Assembly (NCBI GenBank): GCA_036172245.1
Contig: JAYWIR010000021.1
Span: 2,232,001 to 2,296,000, forward strand
DNA length: 64,000 bases
Direction of reading: 5' to 3'
Source of the DNA: Raillietiella orientalis
Lineage: Eukaryota
Part shown: in pieces, positions 59,301 through 64,000 of the stretch
Layout: each line of letters begins with the position of its first letter
Numbering within the stretch: position 1 is the first letter of the stretch
Translations under genes and position numbers: made by a program
The notes under the pieces: model-generated
What the model saw: only the letters and a program-made list of their open reading frames with translations
The model's database searches: none
Told to the model about the DNA's origin: nothing

Positions 59301-61033
59301 CCCTCCTCTCCGGGAAAGAAGGGGGGAAGGGTGAATGAGGGAGAGGGAGAGCCTAGCCCTTACCTTGTGGCGGATGGGCACGATTTCCTGGGTCAGCAGC
59401 TTCGGGACCTCGTCCGTAAGGGACCGGACCGGAGCAACGACCTCGCCGATGACCTCGTCTCTCAGAAAACGGTCAAACTTCAAGACGATGAAGTGCAGGA
59501 TGACGTCCTGGAAGCAGAAGAGGAAAGGTCCTGCGGGGCATTGGAGGAAGAGGGCAACCGATGTCTTCCCCTCCCTGTGCCGCAGGAAGAGGGTGCAACC
59601 CGCACCCACCTGGCTGCTCGTGGGGCGGTCGTGCTCGCGCCGTTACCATGACGCTTGTCCTTGCTCGTGCCTATCTCGTAATTAGGGGAGGAGCTCGGAG
59701 ATCGCCTTGGAAACGGAGCACGCCGCAGGGCTGCGGACCGGTAGCCGCTGGTGCGGGAAACGCCGTGATCTTGCAATGCGCTCCGGATGGGTGGTGGTGG
59801 TGGTGGTGCATTCTATCGCTGCTTCCGGCCATCGGAAGAAGGCAAATGTGAAGGAGAGGATGAGGAGGGAGGGTGGAAAGAAAGGGAGGAGAGAAGGAGG
59901 AAAAGAAAGAGAGAAAAGGAACGAGAAGATGCAGGCGATGATCTTCTTTCTAATGGTGCCATACGAATTCGTCCGGGAGCCGGCCGCGGCATCTCCCCTG
60001 CCGCCTGGGTGAACGCCGATTCCCCGGCTGCCTGGTCTCGCGTCGATCCCCAAGGCGACAGAGCTGGCTGCAGAGGGAGCATGGGGCACCAGGTGCGGGA
60101 TTCTCCTGCGATGGCCGTCCCGTCCCGACCTTTTTCTGGGATCAGCTCGGCGGAGTACGCGCGCCACATAGGCGGAGGCGGTTTCTTCCCGGAACGGAGT
60201 CCTGAAGTTCCCCCTCGAGTTCCCGGACGCGCTATCTCTCCTCGCGCAAAGGGATTTCCGGAAAGGAAATCGATGGAGCAGCGCCTCCGAGCAAACGGTC
60301 CCGAAAACGGGATTCCGGAGTCCGAACGTTTCCTCCTCCTTTCCCCCATCCCCCCCTTCCTTCTTGCCCTCTCCATCAGGAACGAATTTTCTGGAAGATC
60401 CAGAAGGAATCGGAGAAAGTCCTTCGGCTGCTGTGGGATCCCAAGCGGCAGGCGGACCTTCCTCGGCAAGCGGGGGGAAGTCGCCGCCGCGGACACCACT
60501 TCCCAGCCGATCATCCGTTGCTTATCGCGCGGTCTCACGGTATCCAGGATACGGCGGCAGCCGGCATCCCGAACAGAATCATCCGGCTTATTGCGCGCAG
60601 GAGAAAGGGGGCGTGGATCGCCGCGGAGCTTTCGAAAGGCATCTCCTTCGGGAGGGGTCCTTCGGAACGACGGCGCGGTCCTTCCCCTCGAAGAGGACCG
60701 CGAACGTAATGACATCAGGACTTCCGCCCCCCGCGCCGGTAGCGGCGGTCTCCGCGCTTCTTCTGTCTGCCGCGCCGCGTGCGCCGGGAAGAGAGCATCT
60801 GGACTGCGTCCAGGCGCGCCATCCCTCCTACCTTCAGCTGGTCGGTGTGGATGCCATAAAAGGTGAAATCCTCGTCGTAGACCGGGTTCGTGGTTCCCTT
60901 GACTACCCGAGTCTTGGCCACGTGTTCCTTGTTAGGCAGCAGCTGCAGCTTGACGTACGGGTCGCAGTGCTTCGGTGTGATGTTTGTGCACTTGACGATC
61001 GTCACGATCAAGGCCAGCTTCTCTTCCAGGTAC
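56332..61033 (-). CDS. Syt4: Synaptotagmin-4 (tandem C2A/C2B domains), 5'-partial. Exons 61033-60832, 59507-59364, 59143-59017, 58163-57967, 56451-56332.
   Basis: C2A: YLEEKLALIVTIVKC...DPYVKLQLLP...KTRVVKGTTNPVYDEDFTFYGI | DVILHFIVLKFDRFLRDEVIGEV. C2B: RGEILVSLCYQP...VVLKARNLPKMDFSGFS|DPYVKIY...AKKKTHLKKRTLNPVFNQSFVF...LDWDRITKNE|VIG...PRRQIAEWHQLHE*. All junctions are GT-AG with consistent phases (introns 1324, 220, 853, 1515 nt). The DWDRxTKNE and PRRQIAEWH motifs are typical of invertebrate Syt4. Confidence 0.93.
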
Positions 61034-64000
61034 CTGGCAACGAATGTCAATCAGCTCTGGCTTCTGGTTACGCCCAAGTTCGTGACAGAATGGGACGAGC
61101 GGGGAAGGACGAGAAGCAGAGGGTGTTGAGGACAACAGCGATGACGGCGAGGACGAGGCCGCTTCCTGAAGTTCCCTGCAGTGGTGCCAGGTTGCGCGCT
61201 CTCCAAGCACCGGACGCATGCGGCTGTTCGTAACTGCGGCTCCTGCGCGGTGCGCGCGTGCGCACGCATCTCTTGGGCATGTGGGGAACACCTGATCGCC
61301 TTCGGCCGCATCTGCGCCAAAGGTCAGAGGCCACCCATCACTTTCGAGTGATCCCCCTTAAATGACTTCTGGCAATCTTCCTTAGGATCGATAAGCCTCC
61401 CCGTGCGGCTGACCCTCACAAAAAGCGCAGTTGAAGGACGGAACGCAGTCGGGAATGGTGGTCCCGCGAAGCGGCTCCACAGGAAGTCAGGGACCTCGCG
61501 GACCATGCAGACGGGCGTGGGCAGTCGAGCAGCAGCAGCAAGCAGATGCGGAAGTCGAGGAGAGAGTAGACATCAGCGTCTCCACGACCTCCTCTTCCAT
61601 CACCGTCTCCATGCCAATTCAGGGAGGAAGAGCTGGATCCAGGCAGGGAATGGAAGAAGTGAGAGAACCGAGAAACGCTGTAGGAGATAGAAGGAATGGA
61701 CCGCAGCCATATCCATCGAGTCCGATCGCCTTCCGAAGTCTCGAGGGCCAGAGAACTCGCCCTTCGAGCCGAGGAGGCGGCCGCAGGGAACGCACGAGAG
61801 CTGCGACGGCGACGGCCTCCTCGGCTCCGGACCCCGTAGCCTCCGAGGTAGCTCGTCAGGCCAGAGACCACAGTCTTCAGCTTTCGGTGGTCCCTTCTAC
61901 GTCCCCAGGGATACAGTGACTTCCCCCCTCCACTCTTCCTCTCTCGCGCACGGAGGGTGCTTTCCATCAGGGATGGCGAGACCGAGGATGAAGTCAAGTC
62001 GAGGTGAAGCGACGTACGAGCGGACACGGCGCTCCCTGCCAGTGACTCGCTCATTGAGGCCTTGGGGAAGTTTTCGACTTCCGATTCTGCCCCTTTTTGC
62101 TGAAGAATCGGCGGGGACGGACAGGAGTGAGCCGAAGCCCAGAGGGTCAGAGCCGGGTCGCTCCCAGAGATCGGAGAAGAAGGAACAGAGCTTCCCGGTG
62201 GCGAACGCTCCCTTCCCACGCGGGTGCACCACCCGAAAGATAGGAGCGAAGGGAGGATTTGTCCCGGCTACCGGCGACACGTGTGCGACCCATTATCTTC
62301 TCCTTTCCGTGCGCCCAAACGCTCGATCTCCCTCCAGGGGAAGCGGTCACTTCCGGGAGCCGAGATTCAGACAGAGGAAGGGGGACTTTTGCAAGGGCAC
62401 CGCCGAGGTCAGCATCGTGGCAGCAGGGTAGGTTCACAACGTTAGCGGGGTCGGATGTTCCCTCCTCCCTCCCTCAGTGATCGGGGGGTTCGCATGAGTC
62501 CTCGAGTTCCCGAAGCTCTCTGCAAGGCCAGCGGAAGGAGGACGCGGGAAATCGCGGTCGGTCGAGAAAGTGGAGAACAGGACGTCAGACACTTCGGGGT
62601 CTCACCAGAAGATTGCGGAGGGGCTCGACGGGAACGAAGCGGGTGGTGAGAAAGGCTCGGGAGCAGAAACGTGAAAGGGGATATGTGAGTTTTTTGGGCA
62701 ACGCGTTTCTGCGCATACGCCAGACAGGGACGTCCTTTTTTCTCAGCAGGTCGTTCCGTTCGCCATCCAAAATGGGGGAAAGATATGCGACAGGTAAGTC
62801 TTTGTGGGCTACCTCCTTCCTGAGTCGGGTCTGGATTCCAGCCTGTGGGAGCGCGCGAGTCGAAGGAGGGAGGAAGGAGGTGAGGAAAAAGGAAGAGAGA
62901 AGAAGAAGGAAGGGAGGAGGAGGAAAAGAGGGGCAGGTGGAAGGGAGGAAGGAGGGAGGAAGAAGAAGAAGGAAGGAGGAAGAATTAGGGAGAAGGAGGA
63001 AGAGGAAGAATAAAAGGAACTCGAAGGCACGTTCCAAGATAACCGTTGACCGCTGGTTGTCTCATGCTTAGCCCTTTCACTAACGGATCCGCGTCCCGAA
63101 GGGGTCTCGAGCTAAACATCGAATGCACCTCTAGATACATGAGGGCTCCACCATCCTCATCCTTATCACCCCATCCCCTCCCTTCCTCCTTCTCTTTCTG
63201 CCATCATTCCTGGAGAGTTTTCTGGAATTCGTCGCTGCATGATGCGCGGGTGATAGGAAACGGCTGGAGAGAGACCTCTTCCCTGCCCTGAGTGTCCTAG
63301 GTGGGAGGGGCATCTCCCTTCCCCCTCCTCGTTTCACGCCGCAGGGGTAGGGGAAGGAATGCAGCGGCTGCCCTCTTCCCACGAGAGGCATCTCCGGTAA
63401 TTTCCGGGGGAATCGGATGGACTCCGCAGGGAGAGGTTCCGGGACACGCATCTTCATTAGAGAAGGGGTCCTCCTCCCTACGAGTCCCGACTGCTTCTGC
63501 GGAGGAATTCCCATTTTTCATTTTTTTTCCTTTTCTTCATTTGCTTTTTTCTTCCCCTGAGCCCTCCCGAAATTCCTGGAAGAGGCGTTCATCACGAGAC
63601 GCCGCCGCTACCCCCTTTGCGACGCCATCCATCAGTGAATCGGGAGCAGATCGGGAATACCAGTGCTCCGGAGCGGAAAGGGAAGGAAAGCCAGGGAGAA
63701 TAGGCTTCTCTCTTCCTTTTCTACTCCTCCCTTTTTTTTTTTTTCCGGGGAAGACCCCAACAGGATCGGGGAGCCTTCCTAGAGGAGCAGCGGTGCTCTC
63801 TAGCGAGGGACATGTGCATTCCGAAGGGAAGACCTGGAGCAGGGGGGAGTGAGGATTCGAGGAACCCTGTCCTGGTCGAGGGGATGGGAGATGCGGTCCC
63901 AAATAAAACAAGGGGGCGGAGGGATTTTTTCCCTCCCTTTAGGATACGATGACCTCCGAACCCGGACCCAAGGGCGGGGGACAGGAGGGTGCTGCCTCGA

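Noticed and set aside
61416..62219. 267-aa minus ORF as the missing 5' part of Syt4; it ends at a phase-compatible GTGAGG donor
   Set aside because: No credible N-terminal TM helix, and no LGxLxFx(L/I)R strand expected just before the C2A exon.
62813..62842. 30-nt AG...GT mini-exon candidate upstream of Syt4
   Set aside because: Its translation does not supply the first C2A beta-strand, and the pyrimidine tract is just a low-complexity repeat.
1..64000. Prokaryotic systems (CRISPR arrays, retrons, DGRs, defence operons)
   Set aside because: Genes are intron-containing and animal-type, there is no regularly spaced repeat array, and the only RT is a non-LTR retrotransposon RT.

Overview
Eukaryotic (invertebrate animal) genomic DNA, not prokaryotic; I cannot identify the species from sequence alone. 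Three spliced protein-coding genes can be reconstructed with GT-AG junctions and consistent phases: a membrane-associated progesterone receptor (PGRMC/MAPR; minus strand, 3 exons, 201 aa), AKAP17A (plus strand, 7 exons, about 930 aa) and the 3' five exons of synaptotagmin-4 (minus strand; the 5' part was not found and probably lies beyond 64000). The two housekeeping genes sit in an AT-rich, CpG-poor domain (about 5.7-18.5 kb) with many 49-50 nt introns; the rest of the window is very GC- and CpG-rich. About 33-53 kb is a nested transposon field with three components: (1) Tx1/L1-clade LINE fragments, three bounded by readable 9-11 bp target-site duplications and sharing an AATAAA+hairpin 3' end without poly(A); (2) about seven copies of a roughly 1 kb repeat with a tRNA T-arm head; (3) an AT-rich fold-back MITE family. 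The most interesting signal is that three LINE fragments interrupt three different copies of the tRNA-headed repeat, two of them antisense at nearly the same position, which hints at a Tx1 family with a target preference for this repeat. Most long ORFs in the GC-rich parts of the ORF track look spurious.
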